Below, in pieces: positions 34,701 to 42,668 of a stretch of 54,067 bases of DNA. How positions within the stretch are numbered: position 1 is the stretch's first letter; each line of letters starts with the position of its first letter. The translations under genes and the position numbers were made by a program. The notes below the pieces were generated by a model that saw only the letters and a list, made by a program, of their open reading frames with translations, did no database searches and had not been told where the DNA came from. This DNA is from a virus (taxonomy: Duplodnaviria > Caudoviricetes), in IMG/VR virus record IMGVR_UViG_3300022178_002236, positions 1 to 54,067 of that record. One strand, given 5' to 3'.

Positions 34701-37700
34701 GATGTGCCAGATGCGCCAATAGATGCGTATGAGGGGAAGTATTCTCTATACCCCGCACAGTTGGATGGTCTGGCGCAAAAAATTATGGGCGTCGAGACTG
34801 TGCGAGAAGGGAATATTGTTCGCCGCTTCAGGGCTACCGATCTCCCCGCCGCAGTGAAGCAAAGGCTGCGCTTAAACAAAGAGCAGAAGAAGGCTCTAGA
34901 TCGACAAAAAGCAGCTATAGACGGCAAGTATTCTTTGGCAAGAAAGCCTATTGATCCAAAAGACCCGGTCTTTTCTTCGCGTGACTCAAAACATGATAAC
35001 GCAGAAGTAGCGGGTAAAGCGCTACCTCCACGAGGTAAGGCGCGTCGTCTGTCTGTCCTCGACCTCCTGTACAATGACAATCTCCTGCCCCGAACTGGAA
35101 GCAGCACTGGGTACGTTGCCCGACTGTTGCAGGAAAGGTCGAGAAAGGTTTTGAGCGGCAAGCCGGTGGCTATCGAATCGGACACAAGCAAGGACGGACT
35201 GCTTTCTGATGTGTTCGCTGCTGAGGCTATTGCCGCTCTTGAAGAGACAGGCAACGCGGCGACTTGGTACAGCGAGAAAGTTACGGAAGCCATTGAGGTG
35301 GCGTCTCAGTTGTACCCTGAGATAGCGACTGATGCTGATGCCCGTTTTGCTTTTCTGGCAGCCCTCTCGGTAACAAGCCAGAACACTCCGGTTATGGAGA
35401 ACTCGGTCTATACGTCAGAGGTGTATGAGTATTTCCGTGAGAACCAGCGCTTCCCTGAGGACTTCTCAAAAGGCAAGCACGGCAAGTCTATGGCGAGTAA
35501 TTTCGCTCTTTTGAACGATCTGTTGGACACTATGGGTCCGCAAGGTGTTCGAGCCTTCTTTGATAAACAGTTTACAGTTAAGCAGTTAAAGGATGCTGGT
35601 TTTAAGCCGCCGAGTGGTGAGAACGTAGACACCGTTGTTTACGGGTCTTTTCTGCTTGGCCCCAAAATCGGTCAGGGTTTTTATCAAAACCTGAACGGGA
35701 ACTTCTCTCCGGTCACTATCGATATGTGGCTGATGCGGACTGTTGGTCGGGCAACTGGTCGATTAATCGGCAAACCTGAAATTGTTGAAAAACAAGCAGA
35801 CAGGCTGCTAAAGGGGCTTAACGCCGATCCAGAAAAGAGCCGCAACAATTTCTTGATAGCCTCCATTCGGGATGCACAGATTGATGGCGACCTTGACGCT
35901 TTGGTCGAGGTAGCTGATGAGCTTCGTCTGGAGCATGACCGTCTCTTTCTGACACCTGAGGTACAAGCACTATTCCGTCAGAAAAAATACAATAAGCCCG
36001 AGTGGGCAAAGGCTGCTGAAGCAATCATAACGCAGCAAAACAAGCCTCAGGATGCCCCATCCGGGGGCAACTTCCGAAATGCTGTTCGCCGCATTATGGA
36101 CAAGACGCGCCAAAAGATGGCCGACAGTGGGTATGACGTAACCAACGCGGACCTTCAGGCTATTCTTTGGTATCCAGAGAAGAATCTGTACAAGAAGTTG
36201 GGCGTTCGCACGAAAGATAACCTGAACATTGATTACGCTCAGGCGTTTGAAAGAATTTTAGAAGGAAGGACTGAGTTAGATGCCGAAGGAAATGTTTTAC
36301 AGCCCGTGGGGAGAGGGGTCGGAACAGAAACCGCCGATGTCACGGGAAGAGCAGAAGAAGATGGTCTCGAACTTGATGAAATTACGTCCGGTGAAGGGGC
36401 CGGATCAGACCCCGGAAGACCAAAGTTCTCGTTAGCTCCTCAACGTGAAACCCCGGAGAACACTCTTCTTAACTTTATCAAGCAGAACCCTGAAGGCTTT
36501 ACCGTCACGATTGACGGTCAGCCCGCCCCTGCTGGCTACGTTGTCGCTCCCGTAAAGGCTGCCGAGATAACTGTTAAGGCTGATGAGCTTAACGCTGACT
36601 CGGTGCGCGAATACGCAGAAATCTTGAAGGATGTTGCGGACTCGACAAATCGCGAGACCTACGCTGGTGGGTGGCTAAACTCCGAAGATGGCCTGTACTA
36701 CCTTGATGCAGTCCATATTTACGATGAGCTTGACACCGCACTCTATATTGCTGATAGTGCAGAACAGCTTGCTATATTTGACCTAAGGACATTCGATGAA
36801 GTCAGAACCCCAGAAGGTATCGAACAACTCAAATCGGCTGGAACTTACAGCGATCAAGCCCGGAATGAGCGTGGAAGAGATTCAGACCAAGCTGCTCGAA
36901 AGTATGCGGAAATCCGCGCAGACAGAGGTCCGAAATTCAGTCTCTCAAGAGAGCAGTTAACAGAGAGAGACAGCTTCTCTCGGTACAACGAACAGTTCAG
37001 TGTACCGATTGATGCCTACGAGGCATCGAGCTTATCTAGAGTAACATCTCCAAGTCCTCACTCCGAGAACGGCTCTCATAGGATTTTGTTTGGCAACAAA
37101 GCCTTGACCGTCTTTGTGCCGAAGGGCTTTGACAAGTTTAGTCGTAATCGTGACAAGACCTTTGGTTTCGGCCAAAGGCATATGGTGAAGCACGATGTAG
37201 AGGCCTCCAAGCGAACAGGGGGTACCTATAACAGCATAGCTGATCTTGCCACAGCCGCCTTAAATGCATATTGGCCGCTCAGGAATAACTTAGGGGGAAG
37301 CCCGTTTAAGGTAACTGAGGTGCAAGGCGCGACGGGCAGTCCTCAGATGAGGATGGAGTGGAAGAACGAAAGCTCTGGATACCCTGCCGTATTTATTTTT
37401 GAGCCGTTCTACGTCTCGACCGTTATGCCGGGTGTCGCTCAAAAGAATCCGAATTTAGCAAACACACAGGTCATGTACCTGAAGAACGGTTTTGTTGGCG
37501 CTTCTGATGGTAAGAGCAGCAGCCCCGTACCTCAGCCAGCTATTCGAGTAAAAGACCGCACTCGTGAGATGGAAGTTTCTATCCAGCGGGGAATGGCTAA
37601 CGCTGTCTCCGCACAAGAGAGCGCAAAAGTTGAACGCGAGGTTCTTACACTCAAAAGAAAATATAGCCTGAAGCGCAGTGAGGACAATCTCTCTCCTGAC

Positions 37701-40607
37701 GCTAGAAAGATTTATCAGGATCGTATTTCTACACCAGAAGATCAGACATTCTTTCAGCGGATAATGTCTTCTTTTGATATGAGTGACCCAAGCAAGCGCT
37801 CTGTGATGCTCAAGATCAGGCGTAACATAGCTGATAACTATGCTGGTGCTCGTGCGATGGGCAAGAGGGCGCAAGAAATTGCCGATATCAATGCTGAGGC
37901 TCAAGTCAATTCAGCAATCGGTCAGCTTGAGAGAAAGCGCGGAGTTGTTGCCGCTGGTTTGAATATAGGCCCGCTTGTAAGGTTTGGCGGTCAAGTCACT
38001 GCCATCAATGAGAACATTGTTGAGAACCTTGAGAACGATCAAGCCCGTGCAAAATTCCAAGCTGCGTTTGATCGTTTACAGCAAGAGACGCAGTACATAG
38101 AAACTGACCCCGTGACTGGGGAGCAGACTGTTGTTCGCTACGAAAGCACCGCAGACCTCAAAGGTTTAGCGAAAATTTTTGAAGAAATTGAACAAGAAGG
38201 TCTTTGGGCTGGTTTTAACTTGTACGCTGCGGCTAAAAGAGCCAACAGGCTCATGACAGAGGGGCGTGAAAAAACCTTTACTCAGGAAGAGATCAATCTC
38301 TCACTTGAAGAGGGGGCCAAAAACCCGGCGATTGTGCGGGCGTATCGAAACTACCAGCTTTGGAATAATGCTTTCGTTGGGGTTATGGAAAACTCCGGTG
38401 TGATCTCAGGCGAAGCGGCGCAACTGTGGAAAGACAATTCGGACTATCTTCCGTTCTATCGTCAAGCCTTTGAGAATGAAGGTGCCATTTATGACATACC
38501 GACCGCTCAGGAAACGGCAAGCGGAGATGTTATCTTCACTCCCGATGGGGCGTCTCCTAACAACAGTGTGCTGCAAAATGTTTATAACATTAAGGCTCCT
38601 AAAGAACTGAAGGGTGGCAAGCCGTTTTACTTTGTGATGGTGAATAACGTATCTGACAGTAAGTCCTATACGAACGCCGAGGACGCTGCCACTCGGTTAA
38701 ACGAACTAAGGAAAATGAACCCGAGGGCAAAGGTTGGTCTAGCAAAGAGCAATCAGCGCATTGACAACCCAATCAACAACATACTCAGAAACTTCGACGC
38801 TGGTGTAACATCTGTTCTGACTAACGTGGTCGCGTCACGCGCTGTTCGAGACCTTCAACGTCTTGGTCTTGCCCAGAGAATTCCCACTCCCAATAGAGTG
38901 GAGCCGACGCCTGATGTCGTAGGCATTCGTGTTAACGGAGAGACAAAGTACTACAGGGTGCAGGACGAGCTTCTTCTTGCTTCGTTGGGAGCCACTGGCG
39001 ACTTCCAGATGCCGGGTCTCGACCTCATGGCTGCACCAGCAAACCTCCTTCGTGAATTGATCACGAAAGACCCCGGATTTATGGCAGCAAACATGCTGCG
39101 TGACTCTGTGTCCGCTTGGACAACTTCGGGAGTCACCAAGATACCGGGACCCAGCACAGTTGCCGGGTTTGTCAAAACAATTGCAAAAGATGCCAGCGCT
39201 GAGGCTTTGGAGGCCTCTGGGGTGGTTGGTGGCTACGATGCAAAGCAGGACAAAGAAGCTGTAAAGCTGTTCAAAAAAATCAACAGGCAGCGAGGACGCG
39301 GTGGACTCAGTCCTATAGCTTGGTGGGATAAGTGGGACAAGTTGTCCTTGGCCTCAGACACCGCAACCAGAGTCGCTGTCTACAATCAAATCTTAAAAGA
39401 CACGGGTGGCAATATAGCCGCAGCCAATACCGAAGCTCTAGATGTTATCAACTTTAGCCGCAAAGGCTCTTCTCATGGCATCCGCTTCTTCTCTGCCGTT
39501 GTCCCATTCTTGAACGCTCGTATTCAGGGCCTTGACGTTCTTTATCGTAGTGGGGCGCGAGGCGATGTGGGAACTACATCATCTATGACCAAAGCGCAAA
39601 GGCAACGGCGCTTCTTCATGAGGGCATTGGCAATCATATCTATGTCCACCGCGTATGCTATGGCGTCTATGGATGACGAGGACAACGAGTGGTACCAAAA
39701 CGCTACTGAAGTAGACAAGGATAACTACTGGATTATTCCGCCTACGTGGCTTGGTCTCGACACAACTCCTGACACCCCGGCCCTCAAGATACCCATTCCT
39801 TTTGAGGTTGGTGTTCTCTTCAAGGTTGTCCCGGAAAGGATCGTGCGTACCGTTCGTGACGACACGGGAATGTCAGGGAACTGGGGCGCTTTTCAACGCC
39901 ACTTTATGGGGACATTCGCTATTAACCCGGTTCCTCAATTTATGCTGCCAATCGCAGAAACAGTGGCTAACTTTGATTCCTTCACGGGCAGACCTGTCGT
40001 CACCTATTGGGATGAAAAGAGAGAGCCTTATTTATCTAATCCTGATTACGTCTCACCTTTAGCCATTGAGACTTCTAAAGGAATTTCCGAGAAGTTTAAC
40101 ATTCGCGTTCCCGCAGAGAATATCGATCATTTGGTTCGTGGATACACCGGAACCTTAGGCAGCTATGCCCTTATGGCAGCAGATGGCATCATGAGGTCTG
40201 CCGCTGGTATGCCTGATAGGCCCGCGAGAAGGCTGGATCAGTATCCTGTCCTCAGCCGTTTCCTACAGGAAGGTCAGGGAACTGGGCCTGTGGAGTCTTT
40301 CTTTGATATTTACCAAGAAGTGATGCTTTTCTCTAGTTCAGTTAGCGAATATGAAAATACGGGTAGGCTTGAAGAATTAGATAAATACATTGGACAGAGA
40401 CAGAATGTGGCTCTCGAAGCAGATTACATCAAGAGTTTGGCTGAATCGTTGAAAGAACTCCGACGCTTTAGAAAACAGGTTTCCACTGACCCTGTGATGA
40501 GCGCGGATGACAAAGCGGACTACTTCAAAGAAATACAGACCCAGATGAATGAGATTGTCTCTGAAATAACCAAAGACAAAGAGAGAATAATTCGGAGGAC
40601 TGACTAA
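31713..40607 (+). CDS. Giant polyvalent internal virion protein (zincin HExxH, HhH-glycosylase-like, BECR-like, C-terminal LPD38-like)
   Basis: 2964 aa; NHEVVH...EEEAVADAF; WY...GPKIG..FYQNL...TIDMW...LQAILWY; GFGQRHMVKH; C-terminal INFSRKG/PFLNARIQG/IPIPFEVG/DHLVRGYTG. Confidence 0.8.
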   Translation: MDVTLPNGRVISGVPDGMTQDSLREIAIKNGLATAEDFASVQPAQPAGQPTAAQSEEFEGNYFLTGIGRGVDVLQEGYGSAIEGFGGVFDLPGVEQYGADVVAAQKKQLEETSAGALQTKDIKEKGLLSYISATLGAQVPQLGSTLGGAYLGGKVGGGIGAAFGGVGAIPGALIGSVVGGIAANLPFFYGSNREAQKQEIAKGNRVEVSESAAILAAGPQALLDYIADRFLIGGLTPKAIRQGGLFTRGIKGGTAGVVTEVPTEIGQQVLQRLQAGQDLTSDEAMDEYFEVAVAAGLVGGTVRGGTSIFQGRVEDDAPPPPKTEDELAADAAAVFNEDTEPLALPAPEETPLLPDFSNEGVPIVDPDVDIGSLVDGVVSNFSSDLPLSFNKGKVVVTDDVGTPASYEVASSSDGIFVVSKQGVRVSPNFSSTEQAAEFRDRLNVSVNEMMAVQDEVETQRQATEAVKRAKLEETGATLEAARATLSSPSIDFSSIPGDAAQAINVKRTQTGRSTLGAQDTVTLEELSDNNVSQEVIDGLLPSSEAATVEDVRSAAASKNILVEDAGFERFARRNTGSANIERMSPTQLGYMIDAIEGLPAIPGETAQALPVIQTPEFTGPQYSATISLAKRKGEEGVLKSEVSKNIDMKRGAPTQSLIQAGLDRGDLVPHPTKKNRWVSRQFYEERLNRPRTPLERGEQVEAEARAREEQAQPEMPARETLGPGIIVETTREEGDTRSIPERSREFQERLGETTPTPEALSRREEIQQSLTDELNRFAASPAGRAAKLDASKIGVEIVDSVTTGAGTRAEGQLLADADSGKVIIQLALDTAQEGAATDAQVKNNLRDVFNHEVVHALKALGVINEADMASLVKYSKNARIKGSKKTIYQEIVENYTEKNVGRQLSKEELEEEAVADAFRYWAAGQLKVTGKPKSIFDRIVRFFRSIGSGLSNAEITSAEQIFNNLRAPIGARSAPVAPANREAARQAEAAAAAEGMDVPDAPIDAYEGKYSLYPAQLDGLAQKIMGVETVREGNIVRRFRATDLPAAVKQRLRLNKEQKKALDRQKAAIDGKYSLARKPIDPKDPVFSSRDSKHDNAEVAGKALPPRGKARRLSVLDLLYNDNLLPRTGSSTGYVARLLQERSRKVLSGKPVAIESDTSKDGLLSDVFAAEAIAALEETGNAATWYSEKVTEAIEVASQLYPEIATDADARFAFLAALSVTSQNTPVMENSVYTSEVYEYFRENQRFPEDFSKGKHGKSMASNFALLNDLLDTMGPQGVRAFFDKQFTVKQLKDAGFKPPSGENVDTVVYGSFLLGPKIGQGFYQNLNGNFSPVTIDMWLMRTVGRATGRLIGKPEIVEKQADRLLKGLNADPEKSRNNFLIASIRDAQIDGDLDALVEVADELRLEHDRLFLTPEVQALFRQKKYNKPEWAKAAEAIITQQNKPQDAPSGGNFRNAVRRIMDKTRQKMADSGYDVTNADLQAILWYPEKNLYKKLGVRTKDNLNIDYAQAFERILEGRTELDAEGNVLQPVGRGVGTETADVTGRAEEDGLELDEITSGEGAGSDPGRPKFSLAPQRETPENTLLNFIKQNPEGFTVTIDGQPAPAGYVVAPVKAAEITVKADELNADSVREYAEILKDVADSTNRETYAGGWLNSEDGLYYLDAVHIYDELDTALYIADSAEQLAIFDLRTFDEVRTPEGIEQLKSAGTYSDQARNERGRDSDQAARKYAEIRADRGPKFSLSREQLTERDSFSRYNEQFSVPIDAYEASSLSRVTSPSPHSENGSHRILFGNKALTVFVPKGFDKFSRNRDKTFGFGQRHMVKHDVEASKRTGGTYNSIADLATAALNAYWPLRNNLGGSPFKVTEVQGATGSPQMRMEWKNESSGYPAVFIFEPFYVSTVMPGVAQKNPNLANTQVMYLKNGFVGASDGKSSSPVPQPAIRVKDRTREMEVSIQRGMANAVSAQESAKVEREVLTLKRKYSLKRSEDNLSPDARKIYQDRISTPEDQTFFQRIMSSFDMSDPSKRSVMLKIRRNIADNYAGARAMGKRAQEIADINAEAQVNSAIGQLERKRGVVAAGLNIGPLVRFGGQVTAINENIVENLENDQARAKFQAAFDRLQQETQYIETDPVTGEQTVVRYESTADLKGLAKIFEEIEQEGLWAGFNLYAAAKRANRLMTEGREKTFTQEEINLSLEEGAKNPAIVRAYRNYQLWNNAFVGVMENSGVISGEAAQLWKDNSDYLPFYRQAFENEGAIYDIPTAQETASGDVIFTPDGASPNNSVLQNVYNIKAPKELKGGKPFYFVMVNNVSDSKSYTNAEDAATRLNELRKMNPRAKVGLAKSNQRIDNPINNILRNFDAGVTSVLTNVVASRAVRDLQRLGLAQRIPTPNRVEPTPDVVGIRVNGETKYYRVQDELLLASLGATGDFQMPGLDLMAAPANLLRELITKDPGFMAANMLRDSVSAWTTSGVTKIPGPSTVAGFVKTIAKDASAEALEASGVVGGYDAKQDKEAVKLFKKINRQRGRGGLSPIAWWDKWDKLSLASDTATRVAVYNQILKDTGGNIAAANTEALDVINFSRKGSSHGIRFFSAVVPFLNARIQGLDVLYRSGARGDVGTTSSMTKAQRQRRFFMRALAIISMSTAYAMASMDDEDNEWYQNATEVDKDNYWIIPPTWLGLDTTPDTPALKIPIPFEVGVLFKVVPERIVRTVRDDTGMSGNWGAFQRHFMGTFAINPVPQFMLPIAETVANFDSFTGRPVVTYWDEKREPYLSNPDYVSPLAIETSKGISEKFNIRVPAENIDHLVRGYTGTLGSYALMAADGIMRSAAGMPDRPARRLDQYPVLSRFLQEGQGTGPVESFFDIYQEVMLFSSSVSEYENTGRLEELDKYIGQRQNVALEADYIKSLAESLKELRRFRKQVSTDPVMSADDKADYFKEIQTQMNEIVSEITKDKERIIRRTD
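34231..34246. repeat. Dispersed palindrome copy 5 (AAGTTA-AAAA-TAACCT, 1 mismatch)
   Basis: Inside CDS (QVKNNL). Confidence 0.65.
36280..36435 (+). CDS. Candidate nested +1-frame ORF, 51 aa
   Basis: GAAGGAAGGA 9 nt upstream; MPKEMFYSPWGEGSEQKPPMSREEQKKMVSNLMKLRPVKGPDQTPEDQSSR. Confidence 0.5.
   Translation: MPKEMFYSPWGEGSEQKPPMSREEQKKMVSNLMKLRPVKGPDQTPEDQSSR
36796..36960 (+). CDS. Candidate nested +1-frame ORF, 54 aa
   Basis: TAAGGA 6 nt upstream; MKSEPQKVSNNSNRLELTAIKPGMSVEEIQTKLLESMRKSAQTEVRNSVSQESS. Confidence 0.5.
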   Translation: MKSEPQKVSNNSNRLELTAIKPGMSVEEIQTKLLESMRKSAQTEVRNSVSQESS

Positions 40608-41047
40608 TGGACATTGAAGAGTTAAGGGTTGAACTCGAAGAAGATGAGGGAATAAAATACGAAATATATAACGATCACCTTGGTTACCCCACTTTTGGCG
40701 TAGGCCATCTGGTTAAAGACGACGACCCGGAGCATGGTATGCCGGTTGGCACTCCAGTAGACGAGGGAAGGGTTGCTGAGGCGTTCGAGCAAGACATAGA
40801 GACAGTATTGGAAGATTGTTGTAGGCTGTACTCTGATTTTGACGACCTCCCCGAAGAGGTGCAAAAAATCGTAGCCAATATGATGTTTAACCTTGGCTAC
40901 CCAAGGCTTAGTGCATTTCGGGGAATGAAGGCTGGCGTTGATGCCAGAGATTGGCATAGGGCTGCTAACGAGATGGTAGATAGTCGCTGGTACAATCAAG
41001 TTCCTAATCGCGCAAAGCGGTTAGTAAACAGAATGAGGAGTGTCTGA
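40607..41047 (+). CDS. Endolysin, T4-type lysozyme (GH24)
   Basis: DEG...YNDHLGYPTFGVGHL, NMMFNLG, SRWYNQVPNRA. Confidence 0.92.
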   Translation: MDIEELRVELEEDEGIKYEIYNDHLGYPTFGVGHLVKDDDPEHGMPVGTPVDEGRVAEAFEQDIETVLEDCCRLYSDFDDLPEEVQKIVANMMFNLGYPRLSAFRGMKAGVDARDWHRAANEMVDSRWYNQVPNRAKRLVNRMRSV

Positions 41048-41048
41048 T

Positions 41049-41228
41049 ATGAAGTTCGTAAGAAAAATTCGTTCTTGGATCATTAACCGCGTCTTAGAGA
41101 TCACAACGTGGGGCGGTATCGGATTGGTTCTGGTCTCCGTTGCCGTAATTATGGATTCATCATTTATTCTGGCAGCATTGGCCGCCGCGTGTGGTGTAAT
41201 CTCCATCATCGGGCGCGAGAATAAATAG
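41049..41228 (+). CDS. Small two-TM holin-like protein
   Basis: GAGGAG 8 nt before ATG 41049; RVLEITTWGG then hydrophobic helices. Confidence 0.6.
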   Translation: MKFVRKIRSWIINRVLEITTWGGIGLVLVSVAVIMDSSFILAALAAACGVISIIGRENK

Positions 41229-41246
41229 CCAAAATAGGAGGGGAAT

Positions 41247-41333
41247 ATGCCTTTCGCTATGAGTTTGACAGGCGGAGAGGTGGTTATTATTTCTCTGCTA
41301 CTGCTAACCTTGTTTGCATTGTTTAGAAAATGA
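41247..41333 (+). CDS. 28-aa single-TM microprotein; not in ORF track
   Basis: AGGAGG RBS; MPFAMSLTGGEVVIISLLLLTLFALFRK; ATGA overlap with holin. Confidence 0.65.
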   Translation: MPFAMSLTGGEVVIISLLLLTLFALFRK

Positions 41334-41734
41334 TTGGTTTAATCAGCGCTGTCCTTCCCTCTGTCATGGATGTGGCGGGGAGATTTCTCCCAGAGGACAA
41401 AGAAAAACGAGCAGCGGCGGAGCGAGAAATTGAGGCACAGCTAACAACTCACCTCGCAAAGATCGACCTCGCTCAGTTGGACATCAACAAGACGGAGGCG
41501 GCTCACCGTTCAATTTTCGTGGCCGGTTGGCGACCATTCATCGGTTGGTCATGCGGTCTGGCGATGTGCCTTAATTTCCTCATATTTCCGCTTGCCTCCT
41601 TTGTTCTCGCGCAAACTGGTCATCTGGTGGAATTACCTAATTTAGACATGACCCAGATGATGCCTGTTTTGATGGGAATGCTCGGGTTGGGGGGCCTCAG
41701 AACCGTGGAAAAGATTAAAAAAATTACTAAATAG
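41330..41734 (+). CDS. 3TM holin (GTA-holin-like)
   Basis: EAAHRSIFVAGWRPFIGWSCG, GMLGLGGLRTVEK. Confidence 0.85.
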   Translation: MIGLISAVLPSVMDVAGRFLPEDKEKRAAAEREIEAQLTTHLAKIDLAQLDINKTEAAHRSIFVAGWRPFIGWSCGLAMCLNFLIFPLASFVLAQTGHLVELPNLDMTQMMPVLMGMLGLGGLRTVEKIKKITK

Positions 41735-41736
41735 TC

Positions 41737-41752
41737 AGGTTAAAAATAACCT
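41737..41752. repeat. Dispersed palindrome copy 6 (AGGTTA-AAAA-TAACCT)
   Basis: Fills the intergenic gap and abuts ATG 41753. Confidence 0.85.
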
Positions 41753-42451
41753 ATGAGCGCTCTATTTATCGAACGGCTGTTGCAGCCTTTGTACAGACGG
41801 TTCTCGCTGTGGGGAGATTTCGCAACTCAGCCGACGCATCTCTATCGTGGGACGAAGGACCTCGAAAATAATTTCGATGTCATCCGCGCTGAGTATGACC
41901 AGATAATCAAGCGATATGATGATTTCGCGCCGTTTCAAGAAATATCCCCTCACCAGACGTACATATCTAATGACGACAAATGGCGTCTATTCTTTTTGAA
42001 GGGGGCGGGGCTTTGGTTTCCTAGAAACTGCGAACAGATGCCCAATACGGCTAAGATAATTAAACGCAATAAAGAGATCGTAAGCGCTTACATATCTGTT
42101 CTGGGACCGCGAAAGAAGCTAGAGCCTCATGCTGGACCGTATTCCGGTGTGCTTAGGCTTCATCTTGCGCTTGATATACCGCACCAACAGAGGTGCTATA
42201 TCGATGTGAAAGACGAGAGGCTTCACTGGAGCGAGGGAAAGTGCATCATGTTCGATGACACATATATACATTCAGCAGTCAATAATACTGACAAGCTCAG
42301 GTCTGTTTTGTTCATCGATATAGTGCGGCCTCTACCATTTCCATTGCATGTGATAAACTTGGCAGTGATCAGAATGGCTCGTTTGTTTTCGTATGTGCGG
42401 ATACCCTTAGCGAACCACAAGAAGTGGCAGAAAGTCTTTTACGATGGCTAG
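41753..42451 (+). CDS. Aspartyl/asparaginyl beta-hydroxylase family (AspH/LpxO-like) 2OG-Fe(II) dioxygenase
   Basis: PHAGPYSGVLRLHLAL, WSEG...FDDTYIH, RSVLFIDIVRP. Confidence 0.88.
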   Translation: MSALFIERLLQPLYRRFSLWGDFATQPTHLYRGTKDLENNFDVIRAEYDQIIKRYDDFAPFQEISPHQTYISNDDKWRLFFLKGAGLWFPRNCEQMPNTAKIIKRNKEIVSAYISVLGPRKKLEPHAGPYSGVLRLHLALDIPHQQRCYIDVKDERLHWSEGKCIMFDDTYIHSAVNNTDKLRSVLFIDIVRPLPFPLHVINLAVIRMARLFSYVRIPLANHKKWQKVFYDG

Positions 42452-42668
42452 AAATTACAAGAAAGAATACAAGAAGTATCACTCTAAGCCCGACCAGAGA
42501 GCCAACCGAAGTTCTCGAAACAAAGCTCGTCGGAAGATGGTTAGCTCTGGCCGGATTAAAAAGAGCGATAAGCGAGATGTCGATCACAGGGACGGCAACC
42601 CGCGCAATAATTCATTGAAAAACTTGCGCGCCCGTCCGAAGAAAACGAACAGGTCACGCAAGAAATAG
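42444..42668 (+). CDS. Small basic HNH endonuclease-like protein
   Basis: RNYKKEY, DVDHRDGNPRNN...NL...NRS. Confidence 0.8.
   Translation: MARNYKKEYKKYHSKPDQRANRSSRNKARRKMVSSGRIKKSDKRDVDHRDGNPRNNSLKNLRARPKKTNRSRKK

Noticed and set aside
34484-35293. 269-aa antisense ORF and other long antisense ORFs
   Set aside because: Antisense shadows of well-supported genes
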